A stretch of 37,601 nt of DNA, from contig JAZDLX010000193.1 in the NCBI GenBank assembly GCA_043801585.1, forward strand, positions 1 through 37,601, in the 5' to 3' direction. Of this stretch, positions 1-8,984 are shown piece by piece. The notes under the pieces are model-generated. The model saw only the letters and a list, made by a program, of their open reading frames with translations. It was not told where the DNA came from and made no database searches. Position numbers and translations under genes: made by a program. The number at the start of each line of letters is the position of its first letter. Position 1 is the first letter of the stretch. Origin of the DNA: a bacterium (lineage in GTDB: Bacteria > Electryoneota > Electryoneia > Electryoneales > Electryoneaceae).

Positions 1-679
1 GGGCCGAACCCCACTCGGCGACAGCATCCGTGACCAGCTCGCCCGCCGTGGCGATCCGGTACGCGCCAAAGGCGCACAGGCGTACATGAAGTCCGAGATG
101 CCCTTCCGTGGTGTGGACGCAAGGGGCCAGCGGGAAATCCACCGCGCCTGCCTGAAACAGCATCCCGTTCGTTCCATCGATGAACTGCGCAACGCCACCC
201 TTGACCTCTGGGACCGTGCGGAATACCGCGAGGAACGGTACGCTGCGCAGGAAATCCTCAAGAAATACTCGAAGTTTCTCGATATAAGCGATCGAACTCT
301 TCTCCGCCACATCATCATCACCGGCGCCTGGTGGGATTACGTGGACTTCGTGGCGAAATGGGTTGTCGGGGACCTCCTGAAGAGATATCCGGAGGAAATG
401 AAACAGGAGCTGATGGAGTGGATCGAGGACGAAGATCTGTGGATTCGCCGCGCGGCGATCCTGGCGCAGCTCAGCTTCAAGGATAAAACAGACACGCAGC
501 TCCTCTTTAATTTCTGCGATCGATGTCTTGAAGAAACAACATTCTGGATGCGGAAGGCGATTGGCTGGGCATTGAGGGAATACAGCAAAACGAACCCCGG
601 CAAGGTCCGTCAATTCATCGCTAAAAACCGTGACAGGATGGCGGGCCTGACCCTGCGTGAAGCATCGAAATACGTCTGA
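1..679 (+). CDS. DNA alkylation repair protein (AlkD-like HEAT-repeat family), 5'-truncated by the window edge
   Basis: The frame is open from position 2 (...RGDPVRAKGAQAYMKSEMPFRGV), so the gene extends upstream of the ATG at 86. Family motifs WWDYVD, DEDLWIRRAA and FWMRKAIGWALREYSK are present. Confidence 0.88.
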   Translation, partial: GRTPLGDSIRDQLARRGDPVRAKGAQAYMKSEMPFRGVDARGQREIHRACLKQHPVRSIDELRNATLDLWDRAEYREERYAAQEILKKYSKFLDISDRTLLRHIIITGAWWDYVDFVAKWVVGDLLKRYPEEMKQELMEWIEDEDLWIRRAAILAQLSFKDKTDTQLLFNFCDRCLEETTFWMRKAIGWALREYSKTNPGKVRQFIAKNRDRMAGLTLREASKYV

Positions 680-687
680 ATGCCTGA

Positions 688-786
688 AATTAAAAAGGGG
701 ACAGGTACCTTTTAATTTTCTTTCCAGTCTCAAACAATACATGCAATCATTTAAAAAATTAAAAGGTACCTGTCCCCTTTTTAATT
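688..786. repeat. REP/MITE-like inverted repeat, GGGGACAG family (32-bp perfect arms)
   Basis: AATTAAAAAGGGGACAGGTACCTTTTAATTTT (688-719) is the exact reverse complement of 755-786, with a 35-nt AT-rich spacer. It begins 8 nt after the AlkD stop. A homolog lies at 5761-5863. Confidence 0.9.
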
Positions 787-886
787 GCCCAGTGAACGGT
801 TTTCCACCGGAGAGACCTGTTCCCGTCTCTCTAAATCCTCTCGGCGAGCGAAGATCGGAGATTTTTACGAAGTGCAGAGTCCGGAC

Positions 887-915
887 TTGCAAGCTCCCAT
901 TCATCTTTTTATTAT
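887..915 (+). promoter_or_regulatory. Putative sigma70 promoter for ORF 948-1220
   Basis: TTGCAA (887-892), 17 nt, TATTAT (910-915), followed by a GGAGG RBS and ATG at 948. Confidence 0.6.
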
Positions 916-947
916 TTCGGCAAATAAAATTGGAGGGTGAGACTGCA

Positions 948-1220
948 ATGTTGTTGAACGGCATGGTCTGGTACGTGGGTCTGGCGGATGATCCCGCTCA
1001 TTTAACCCGAATCTTCCCCACTCTCCCCAGTTTCAGCGTCGGTCATCAGTTCGAGAACAGGCAAGCTGCCCTGCAGTGGCTGCAACGGATGCAGGAATGC
1101 GGGTACCAGACGCTTCCGATTTCCGACAACGGTTGGCGATTCGGGTTGCTGGCGGCCTTCCCCGAGGACATTCGTCCCCTGCCTTTAACTGCCGATCAGG
1201 GTGTCTTCCAGACGGAGTGA
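948..1220 (+). CDS. Small hypothetical protein (90 aa), possibly a degenerate GIY-YIG-like fold
   Basis: 3' part of ORF 657-1220 with its own promoter and GGAGG RBS. WYVGLADDP loosely resembles the YxGxT/DP segment of small GIY-YIG-like proteins (weak). Confidence 0.55.
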   Translation: MLLNGMVWYVGLADDPAHLTRIFPTLPSFSVGHQFENRQAALQWLQRMQECGYQTLPISDNGWRFGLLAAFPEDIRPLPLTADQGVFQTE

Positions 1221-1393
1221 ACCCTCCAGCTCCTATCCCTGAGAGACCTCCCTCATTCCCCTGAGATTTAAGCAGAAATTGGCATTTCACTGGCTCATCT
1301 TTTTCTTCTGCCCTACATTTCCCGCACAGCTCACTATTCACTTCCGATTTTCGCACGAAGATGAGCTCTCATTAATTCGGAGAGGGAGGCATC

Positions 1394-1840
1394 ATGGGCA
1401 AAATCAACACAGGTCGCGTGATTGTGGGCGGTCTGCTGGCCGGCTTGGTGTTCAACATCGGCGAAATCATTCTCAACGTCTTTGTTGTCGCGAAAGCGTG
1501 GGATGAATGGGGAATGAAGCATCAGTTCAACATGACGATGGGAGCAGGCGGATACATCATGATGTTTGTGATCATGTTCCTGCTGGGTATTTTTGCGGTC
1601 TGGCTCTATGCAGCCATCCGGCCACGTTACTCCGCCGGTCCCCGCACGGCGCTTTGTGCGGGACTTGCGGTCTGGTTGGCGGCATCGCTCTACCCGGCCC
1701 TGGGCATGTTGACAATGTCGATGTACCCCTTCAGCTTGGCGATCATCACCCTCATCTGGGGACTGGTCGAGATCCTGCTGGGAACCTATCTCGGCGCCTG
1801 GTACTACCGTGAGCAACAGGCCGCGGCGCCCGCTGCATAA
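1394..1840 (+). CDS. Hypothetical integral membrane protein (about 4 TM segments)
   Basis: 148 aa ORF with a GGGAGG RBS and four hydrophobic stretches. Confidence 0.8.
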   Translation: MGKINTGRVIVGGLLAGLVFNIGEIILNVFVVAKAWDEWGMKHQFNMTMGAGGYIMMFVIMFLLGIFAVWLYAAIRPRYSAGPRTALCAGLAVWLAASLYPALGMLTMSMYPFSLAIITLIWGLVEILLGTYLGAWYYREQQAAAPAA

Positions 1841-1903
1841 GAATAGGTTCTATCAGACTGACTGTAAGAAGTATTCCCTGACGGGAAACGTTCTCACCTG
1901 AGA

Positions 1904-1938
1904 CAGAACACCCGGCGAAAGAGTCGCCGGGTGTTCTG
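1904..1938. terminator. Hairpin between convergent genes (possible bidirectional terminator)
   Basis: 15-bp perfect stem CAGAACACCCGGCGA / TCGCCGGGTGTTCTG with loop AAGAG. It lacks a strong U-tract. Confidence 0.55.
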
Positions 1939-2023
1939 CGTGGAAACGATTGACCGCCACTCCTGGTCATCGGGGAGATCATGCACGCTGAAGCGGCGTA
2001 ATAGCAGGTAACTGTCACCGCGC

Positions 2024-4513
2024 TCAGAATTCGTAGCGTAATCCCAGTATGTACATTTGCCTGAACTGTTCGATGATCTTCCGGTGACCCTCGTCGTCAT
2101 AGAAATAGTCCGCCACGTTCCGTTCATCGAGGACATTTTCGATGGACAGGTAGACCACCAGCGCGCTCGACCCGAACCAGTATTTGCTGTCCACCCGCAG
2201 ATCCCAGCGCGTGTAGTCGGGGAACCTCTCGTTGTTGTGCCCCTCGCTCTCCCAGTGGCTCTGGGTAAGCGGTTCGGGCGACTGGACCCCCTCGTCATAC
2301 CACACCTGGCGAGTGTACGGCCGTCCCGAGACACACCGGTAACGGGTGGAGAGGATCAACTCGTCTCCGTTGATCGGCAGCGCGTACATCATCCAGCCGA
2401 GGACGGGTGTTGCCAGCAGCTTGCGCCATCTCGCGAAACGGAGCAGGCTCGTCCGGTACCCGACAAGGCCGGTGAACACATGCGGCATGTCATAGTCATC
2501 CGGATGGGCGCCGAATGCCGGGTTTGTCGCTTCCGCTTTCCCATAACTGTAGGACAGCATTCCATACCAGCGGTTGGCCAGTTTCTGGTGAATGAAAAAT
2601 TCGACCCCCCACGCTTTTTTCGTCCGCTCGGGGAGCATCACATCGCTCTGGAAGGTCAGATCGCCGGTCTGCTCGCGGACGACATCCTGCCGAGAGACGA
2701 GCAGGCGGTCATAGTCCTTGAAATACCCCTCGATGCTGAGACGCAGGGAGGGCTTTGGATTGAAGCTGATCCCGCTCACATACTGCGCCGCCCGGCTGTC
2801 AGGGAGGCTTTCATTGGCGCCCTTCGCCCCCGGATTGAAATAGTCGCCGAGGTTCTGCGACTGGTAGTAAACGCCCCACGCCGCGGACAACGTCCAGCGG
2901 GGATAAAAATCCCAGACCGCGGAAACACGCGGCGCAAAAACATTCTCCCCCGAGATGTCCAACGCATCCTGGCGGACACCGGCAGTCAGCGAGACTCCCC
3001 TGCCGGGACGCCAGGTATACTGCACGAAGGCGTTCTGCTTAAGGCCGCGTTTGTCGGCGTCGATGCAAACGTCATCGTAGTAGAAAGTGTCCGGCTCAGT
3101 GCCGGGATCGACACCGAGCACGTCATCGTTATAAATCAACGAATCTCCAATCGCGAAGAGCTTCTGCGTGTAGTACACGGACTTTAAACTCACCCCCGCG
3201 CCCCACTCATCGTTATTCAGGGCGCGGCCTGAAGCCAGCAGGTGGATCTGGTCATTGGCATCGGTTCGGCGGTTTGAGACAATCCGCCGAAGGCTCTGAT
3301 CGGGCCGCTGATCGTACTGATCCCAGTGGGCGTACTGCTCCGTCCGGGCGACAATCAGGTCTGTATAGGCAACCCCCCAGAGGCTTCTCAAACGGGCGCC
3401 GAAAAAGTGTTTTTCCGTATTGAAGTCAAGCCCGTCGATCCCCGCCGAGAAGGTCTCTTCGCCATTCGTCTTTGCCAGATCTTGCGGACGGAAGGTCTGT
3501 TCGTCCTGGGCGTAGAATCCGTTCACCGTGAGATGATGGCGTGAAGACAGGTCATAGGTGAGTTTCGCCTGGCTGTTCCAGTAGACCGGCGCCTTACCCG
3601 TGGGAAGAGTGCCCTCGGGCAGCAGTTGCAGGTAACTGTGCTTGGCGGTCCACAGCAGGCTTCCACGTTTGCCCGGCAGCGGTGTTTCGAAATGACCTCC
3701 GGCACCCGCCATGTTGAAATCGGCGGAACCACCCGTCCGGTCCCGGTTTCCCTCGCGGAGGTTCAGATCGAGAACGCTGGACATCCGGTCGCCGTACCGC
3801 GCCGAGAATCCACCAGAGGCAAAAGTGACATCCTCGAGGAACTGGGTGTTCAACGCATTAATCGGACCGCCGCCGCCCTGCCCCTCATCGCCGAAGGTGA
3901 GATGGTTGGTGTTGTCCACCTCGATGCCGTCGATCACCGTCAGGTTTTCACGTGGGCTGCCGCCACGCACGACGATCTCGTTGTCCGAATCGTTGCTGTT
4001 GACCACACCGGGAAGCGCCTGCACCATCCGCTGGATGTCCTCGAGGCCGCCGGGTGCACGGCGAACCTCCTCGTAGCGCAGCGTTCGTGAGGAGGTGGGC
4101 ATCTCGGTGGGCGACACCTCGATGATCTCCGCCGTCACCGTCACCGCTTCAGCCTGCAGCACCGTCGGTTTCAACAGGAATTCAGCGTTGCCCGGTCGTC
4201 CGGGGCTGATGGCGATTTCCAGGAGGGTCATCGGCTCGTACCCCAGTGCGCTGGCGGTGACGCTGAAGGTGCCCGGAGGCAGATGGGTGATCAGGAATCT
4301 CCCCTCGAGATCGGTCGCCGCGCCACGCGGCAAACCGACGACGATCACATTGGCCGCACCGATCGGCTCGCGGGTGGCGTTGTCGAGCACCTTCCCCTCG
4401 ATGAGGCAATGGATGTTTTCCACGGCGGCGGGCAGGTCCGTCTGCGCGGATACCACGGTGACCATTGCCATCGCAAGAAGCACCGCCGCAATCCGGCTTC
4501 CTGCTCTACTCAT
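2024..4513 (-). CDS. TonB-dependent receptor with N-terminal carboxypeptidase-regulatory-like domain
   Basis: Signal peptide (MSRAGSRIAAVLLAMAMVTVVSA), IEGKVLDNATREPIGAANV domain, plug motifs (VRGGSPRENLTVIDG, GGFSARYGDRMSSVL) and C-terminal LGLRYEF. The ATG at 4513 has an AGGAAGG RBS and overlaps the padR 3' end. Confidence 0.9.
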   Translation of the reverse strand: MSRAGSRIAAVLLAMAMVTVVSAQTDLPAAVENIHCLIEGKVLDNATREPIGAANVIVVGLPRGAATDLEGRFLITHLPPGTFSVTASALGYEPMTLLEIAISPGRPGNAEFLLKPTVLQAEAVTVTAEIIEVSPTEMPTSSRTLRYEEVRRAPGGLEDIQRMVQALPGVVNSNDSDNEIVVRGGSPRENLTVIDGIEVDNTNHLTFGDEGQGGGGPINALNTQFLEDVTFASGGFSARYGDRMSSVLDLNLREGNRDRTGGSADFNMAGAGGHFETPLPGKRGSLLWTAKHSYLQLLPEGTLPTGKAPVYWNSQAKLTYDLSSRHHLTVNGFYAQDEQTFRPQDLAKTNGEETFSAGIDGLDFNTEKHFFGARLRSLWGVAYTDLIVARTEQYAHWDQYDQRPDQSLRRIVSNRRTDANDQIHLLASGRALNNDEWGAGVSLKSVYYTQKLFAIGDSLIYNDDVLGVDPGTEPDTFYYDDVCIDADKRGLKQNAFVQYTWRPGRGVSLTAGVRQDALDISGENVFAPRVSAVWDFYPRWTLSAAWGVYYQSQNLGDYFNPGAKGANESLPDSRAAQYVSGISFNPKPSLRLSIEGYFKDYDRLLVSRQDVVREQTGDLTFQSDVMLPERTKKAWGVEFFIHQKLANRWYGMLSYSYGKAEATNPAFGAHPDDYDMPHVFTGLVGYRTSLLRFARWRKLLATPVLGWMMYALPINGDELILSTRYRCVSGRPYTRQVWYDEGVQSPEPLTQSHWESEGHNNERFPDYTRWDLRVDSKYWFGSSALVVYLSIENVLDERNVADYFYDDEGHRKIIEQFRQMYILGLRYEF

Positions 4514-5096
4514 GGTTGCCTTCCTGTTGTGAAGGGAGGGCTTTTTCACCATCAAGCGACCGCAGGGTGTTCAGCGTCCGGTCGCACCATTCGATAAAGC
4601 CCTGGTTTACCGTAAAACCGCGATCCAGAAGGATCCGCTGATAGGGGGCGTTGGGGTTGTTCTGCGCCCACTGAGGAGTGTGGTTGAGGAATTGATCGAG
4701 TGCGGCGAGGGTGCGGGCGGCATCCCGGCGTACCGCCTCCACCTGCCGGACCAGCATCTCCCGCGGCGCGTTCCGCCCGAAAAAGAGACGGAGCATCAGT
4801 TCGCTGCGAAACAGATCGGGCTCCGGGTCCTCCCGCATCCACTGCTCGAACCGTTCGATGCCAGCGGTGGTGATCGAGTACACTTTTCGCGGCGGCCTCC
4901 CCTCATCACTCGGTTCTTCCCGCATCGTGACCAACCCTTCGTGCTCCATCTGATGCAGGAGCGGGTAGATCTGCCCAAAACTCCCATACCAGAAATCGCT
5001 CAAGTACTCTTCACAACGCTTTTTCAGGTCGTATCCGCTGAGTGATTCATGCTGCAGCCAGCCAAGCAGGGCGTAGAGTGTTTTCGACTGTTTCAT
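4506..5096 (-). CDS. PadR-family transcriptional regulator with AphA-like C-terminal domain
   Basis: SGYDLKK...FWYGSFGQIYPLL...RKVYSITTAG wHTH signature, followed by RSELMLRLFF. GGAG RBS. Confidence 0.92.
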   Translation of the reverse strand: MKQSKTLYALLGWLQHESLSGYDLKKRCEEYLSDFWYGSFGQIYPLLHQMEHEGLVTMREEPSDEGRPPRKVYSITTAGIERFEQWMREDPEPDLFRSELMLRLFFGRNAPREMLVRQVEAVRRDAARTLAALDQFLNHTPQWAQNNPNAPYQRILLDRGFTVNQGFIEWCDRTLNTLRSLDGEKALPSQQEGNHE

Positions 5097-5131
5097 GGAC
5101 TCCTCATAAAGGAACGATTATCTTGCCCCAA

Positions 5132-5152
5132 GATATATCGTGCCGATATATC
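5132..5152. promoter_or_regulatory. Palindromic operator upstream of padR (probable autoregulatory site)
   Basis: GATATATCG-TGC-CGATATATC is a perfect 9-3-9 inverted repeat 35 nt upstream of the padR start. It lies between a minus-strand TTGTGC and TATCTT. Confidence 0.65.
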
Positions 5153-5521
5153 AGCACAAGCCCCTGGGTCACCTCCGGGAGCTTGGCAGCAGAGTTTGAC
5201 GGTTATGGAGGACCCTCTCCGCCCCGCTCGTGGGCCGGAAAGCATGTTTCGCCTGTTCAAGAGGACGATCCATGCGAGGGAAAATCCAGGTAAGTGGGGA
5301 TTACTCGACATTCCCGTTGCTCGACCGAGCAACGATCTCCTCAAAAAACAAACACTTGCTCAATCAAACAAGGCAATCCCCCATCAATCAAATACTTTAT
5401 TTACAGTATGTTATCAATAGTGACAGTTACTTTTGAACCCAGGCATCGTTCTCGGCTTTCTTCTGGCATCTCTCGGCTCTTATTGGGCATTGGTGTTATG
5501 TCAGCTTAAAAACATTATACA

Positions 5522-5556
5522 AGGTCGTTAGTCCGCCAACAGGCGGACGGAGACCT
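5522..5556. repeat. REP-like hairpin carrying a TCCGCC-N4-GGCGGA cap
   Basis: GTCCGCC-AACA-GGCGGAC (5531-5548) flanked by AGGTC/GACCT. The same cap type occurs at about 5712, 22313, 28739 and 29374. Confidence 0.55.
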
Positions 5557-5700
5557 GACACAAAAGAACATGCGAAACCCGGCTGACCTGTCTACGCTTT
5601 ACTACGACATGGCAAGCGGAGCAGCCGGACCACACAACCGCAGAATATGCCAAACACAGGAAAACCCTGTTGGGACGAGCAAACAGGGATAAAAAATGTA

Positions 5701-5737
5701 GTCATTCTGGATCCGCCAGCCGGCGGATGAAGAATCT
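5701..5737. repeat. GTCATTCTG...GAAGAATCT palindromic repeat unit
   Basis: GTCATTCTGGA-TCCGCCAGCCGGCGGA-TGAAGAATCT. Related units at 15513, 28729, 28873, 29364 and 29432. Confidence 0.8.
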
Positions 5738-5760
5738 GTGTTTTTGTGAAGACACCGAGA

Positions 5761-5863
5761 GAAATTAAAAGGGGACACTTACCTTTTAATTTCTTTCCTT
5801 GAGGTTGAATCATTCTGGAAGTGTGACAGAAATTTAAAAGGTACGTGTCCCCTTTTTAATTTC
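5761..5863. repeat. Second copy of the GGGGACA inverted-repeat element (imperfect arms)
   Basis: GAAATTAAAAGGGGACACTTACCTTTTAATTTC...GAAATTTAAAAGGTACGTGTCCCCTTTTTAATTTC. The arms match 688-786 and the spacer differs. It lies 10 nt downstream of the stop of receptor 2. Confidence 0.85.
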
Positions 5864-5873
5864 CTGCGATTCA

Positions 5874-8336
5874 TCAGAATTCATAACGGATGCCGCCCAC
5901 GAAAAAGATGCGGAACTGGTAGACGGTATTGATATCGCCGTGATCCGCGTAAATGTACTGGGCGACATTTCCCCTGTTCAGCACATTCTGGAGTTCCAGG
6001 TAGGTAACAAGGGATGAACTGTGGAAAAAGTGCTTGTCGTCGAGCCGCAGATCCCAGCGCATATAATCCGGATACCGCTGGTCGTTCATTCCGAACGATT
6101 CCCAATGCCCCTGGTAGATCGGTTCGGGAGAGGGAACACCTTCCTCGTACCAGCGGTTACCGGTGTACGGCCGCCCGGTGACATACCGGTAGCGGGTCGA
6201 GATTGTCAACTCGTCGCCGTTGATCGGAAGCACCTGCAGCCACCACCCCCACGGCTTTGAGATCAGGGAAAGCCACCAGTCATACCGGATCAGGCTGGTT
6301 TTCACGCCGAACACCAGTGTGGCGGCATGGCGAATATCGTAACTGGCGGGATAGTCGCCGAATGCGGGATCGGACGAGTTTCCGTATCCATAAGAATAGC
6401 TGGCGGTGCCGTACCAGGACCCGGTCAGCCGCCGCTGGGCGAAAAACTCGATCCCCCACGCCTGTTTCACCTTCCACGGCAGGTAGGCTGCGCTCTGGAA
6501 GGTACGGTCTCCCGAAGTTTCGCGGATGTACGCCTGCTCGCCGATCAGCAGATCCGAATAGTCCTTGATGTAAGTCTCGGCGCTGAAGCGCAACGCATGG
6601 GTCGGCTCGAAACTGATTCCAGCGACGGCCTGAAGAGCTCGCGCCGGGGGTAGCTGACTGTTGCGGTCCCTGTCCGGTCCACCAAAAAGGACGGAAACGG
6701 TGGGAAACTGGTGGTAGACTCCGCCGGCGAGGCTCAGTGTCCACTCTGACCGGAAAAGCCACGCCAGAGAGAATCGGGGATCCAGCACGGCACGGTGACT
6801 CACGTCCAAACCGTCCATACGCAATCCACCGGTCATCGAAAGCATCCTGCCGAACCATAGTGTCATCTGAGTGTACCCGCCGTACGCCAGCCCGGCGTCG
6901 TCCACCTTCGCCACGCGGTCGTTATAGATGTAGAGGTCCGGCTCGCCATCGACGATTGGATTCCCCTGCGGATCACGATTGATCACGCCGTCGTCGAACC
7001 ACAGCGAATCCCCCAACGCCCACAGGTTCTGCTTGAAGGCCATCGGCTTGAGGCTGAACCCCAGCGACCATTCCCCACGCCCGGGACCCCGTCCATTCAT
7101 CTGCAGATGCATCTGTGTTTGTGTTATCCGCCGATCGGTATCCACGGTGTGTTTCTTGACAAGCTGTCCCTCGATCTTGTCAGCCTGCCAGACTCGCGCG
7201 TGATCCCAGGTGACCGTCTGTCCCGCCACAAGGTCGCTGTACCCCCATCCCCAGAGGCTTCGCAGACGTCCTCCGGCGATGATTCTCCGTCCGGAATAAT
7301 TAACCGCTTCCGCACCCTTGCTGAACGCGTCCTCTTCATCGGATTCGATGTCGATGAAATCGTCCGTGTAAAGCGAATTGATTGTCAACTGGTGCCTTGG
7401 CGACAGGTCCTGGACGAATTTCCCCTGGGCGTTCCAGTAATGGGGAATCGAGGTCAATCCGACCGGGCCCTGGATCAGATCGAGATAGCTTTTATGAGCG
7501 GAAACGAGAAAACTGCCGTTCCCACCGGGCGTCGGTCCCTCGACGAAACCGCCCGCGCCGGCCATGTTCAGGTCCAGCGCTCCCTTGTAACGTTCCCGGT
7601 CTCCCTCACGCAGGTCGAGCACCAGGACGCTGGAGAGGCGGTCGCCGTAGCGAGCTGAAAAACCGCCGGAAGCAAAGGTGACGTCGCGCAGGAACTCGGT
7701 GTTCAGTGCGTTCACCGGACCACCATTGCCCTCCTCGAAGGAAAAGTGGTTGGTGTTGTCAACTTCAAGGCCATCCATAACGGTCAGGTTTTCCCAGGGA
7801 CTGCCGCCGCGGACGACGATCTCGTTGTTCTGATCGTTCTGGTTGACAACGCCGGGAAGCGACTGAACCATCCGTTGAACGTCCTCGGCGGCGCCCGGTG
7901 CGCGCCGGATCTCCTCGTAACGGAGGGTCCGGGTGGAGGTGGGAAGATCGGGGCTCACGGATACACGGCCGGCGACCGAATAGACCACCTCTTCCCCTTC
8001 GATGGCCGACGGTTCCAGTGCAAATTCCACCTGACTGGTCCGTGACGACAGGACGGAGATCTCCGGCACGAGCAACGTTTCATAGCCGAGTGCGCTGGCC
8101 TGAAGGGTGACCGTGCCGAGTTCGAGACCGTCAATTTGAAAACGGCCTTCGAGATCAGCGGCCGCGCCGCGTGTGGTGCCCACGGCGAGTACGTTGGCAA
8201 GGGCAATGGGTTGGCGTGTGGCGCGGTCGATGACCACCCCGCTGACCGAACCTCGGGCGTTGTCGCTACCTGCCCCAAAGAGGGCCACGGGCATCAGAAA
8301 CAGGATTGCGGTCAGGAAAAGTTTTCGCAGAACCAC
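5874..8336 (-). CDS. TonB-dependent receptor (paralog of 2024-4513)
   Basis: Likely GTG start at 8336 after a GAGGGGGAG RBS. Signal peptide LRKLFLTAILFLMPVALFG, the same plug motifs and C-terminal GGIRYEF. Confidence 0.9.
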   Translation of the reverse strand: MVLRKLFLTAILFLMPVALFGAGSDNARGSVSGVVIDRATRQPIALANVLAVGTTRGAAADLEGRFQIDGLELGTVTLQASALGYETLLVPEISVLSSRTSQVEFALEPSAIEGEEVVYSVAGRVSVSPDLPTSTRTLRYEEIRRAPGAAEDVQRMVQSLPGVVNQNDQNNEIVVRGGSPWENLTVMDGLEVDNTNHFSFEEGNGGPVNALNTEFLRDVTFASGGFSARYGDRLSSVLVLDLREGDRERYKGALDLNMAGAGGFVEGPTPGGNGSFLVSAHKSYLDLIQGPVGLTSIPHYWNAQGKFVQDLSPRHQLTINSLYTDDFIDIESDEEDAFSKGAEAVNYSGRRIIAGGRLRSLWGWGYSDLVAGQTVTWDHARVWQADKIEGQLVKKHTVDTDRRITQTQMHLQMNGRGPGRGEWSLGFSLKPMAFKQNLWALGDSLWFDDGVINRDPQGNPIVDGEPDLYIYNDRVAKVDDAGLAYGGYTQMTLWFGRMLSMTGGLRMDGLDVSHRAVLDPRFSLAWLFRSEWTLSLAGGVYHQFPTVSVLFGGPDRDRNSQLPPARALQAVAGISFEPTHALRFSAETYIKDYSDLLIGEQAYIRETSGDRTFQSAAYLPWKVKQAWGIEFFAQRRLTGSWYGTASYSYGYGNSSDPAFGDYPASYDIRHAATLVFGVKTSLIRYDWWLSLISKPWGWWLQVLPINGDELTISTRYRYVTGRPYTGNRWYEEGVPSPEPIYQGHWESFGMNDQRYPDYMRWDLRLDDKHFFHSSSLVTYLELQNVLNRGNVAQYIYADHGDINTVYQFRIFFVGGIRYEF

Positions 8337-8378
8337 GTAGCTCCCCCTCGGATGATCCGCCACCGTTGTTCTGGGACA

Positions 8379-8397
8379 ACTTATTAATATCATTTTC
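8379..8397 (-). promoter_or_regulatory. Possible Fur-family box upstream of receptor 2
   Basis: Minus-strand GAAAATGATATTAATAAGT matches the GATAATGATAATCATTATC consensus at 13 of 19 positions by hand count, about 40 nt upstream of the start. Confidence 0.4.
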
Positions 8398-8436
8398 AAT
8401 CATTGTGATCGCATGAAGAGCTTTATTTCGGCAGCT

Positions 8437-8895
8437 TTACTCCCTCTCGGGATCGCCCAGGTCAACCGCCTCACCGTTGAGCACATATCGATAGTCGATT
8501 TTCACGGAATCTCTAAGACTTGCGGAAACGCCGCAGTAACGTGTACGCGAAAGGTTGATCGACTTTTTCAGTTTATCGGGATCGACATCCCCTTTGACCT
8601 GAAAAATGACACGGATATGTGTCCAGTATTTCGGATGATCCTCGGTCTGCTCGAGACCCTCTACATCCACGGAAAACGCGGTCACCGGCTGTCGCATCTT
8701 GCGCAGAACGCTGATCGCATCCATTCCCGTGCAACCCGCCAGGCTGACATAAATCAGCTCTTTCGGGCGCGCGGCCAGGTTGGTCCCCCCGACCGCTTCG
8801 GCGGAATCCATCTCCACCTTGTGGCCACTGGCTGTGTCTGTCGTAAAGTGCATTCCTTCAACGTTGTCCAGATTGGCGTGGGCAAGCATAGGCAT
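8437..8895 (-). CDS. OsmC/YhfA-family protein
   Basis: SGHKVEMD...RPKEL...LAGCTGMD...LRKMR and YCGVSASL carry the two-Cys OsmC signature. GGAG RBS. Confidence 0.9.
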   Translation of the reverse strand: MPMLAHANLDNVEGMHFTTDTASGHKVEMDSAEAVGGTNLAARPKELIYVSLAGCTGMDAISVLRKMRQPVTAFSVDVEGLEQTEDHPKYWTHIRVIFQVKGDVDPDKLKKSINLSRTRYCGVSASLRDSVKIDYRYVLNGEAVDLGDPERE

Positions 8896-8984
8896 GGGTC
8901 ACTCCAAGTCGTCCGTGAATTTCACTTCATCATCTAAAAGCACGAGTGGTTCAAATCATATGAATTGACGGGTAGCGTCTCTCG

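Noticed and set aside
657..947. N-terminal half of ORF 657-1220 (KLKRGQVPFNF...KLKGTCPLFN), and similar ORFs 5592-5813, 8951-9508, 11168-11476 and 14175-14489
   Set aside because: These are translations of the palindromic repeat elements rather than genes.
1973..1986. 14-nt match GGGAGATCATGCAC with 14777-14790
   Set aside because: A 14-mer match is expected by chance in a 37-kb window, and the match does not extend.
2057..3187. Long antisense ORFs opposite real genes (2057-3187, 26522-27589, 25121-25996, 33411-34262 and others)
   Set aside because: They are shadow frames typical of GC-rich coding sequence, with no motifs or RBS.
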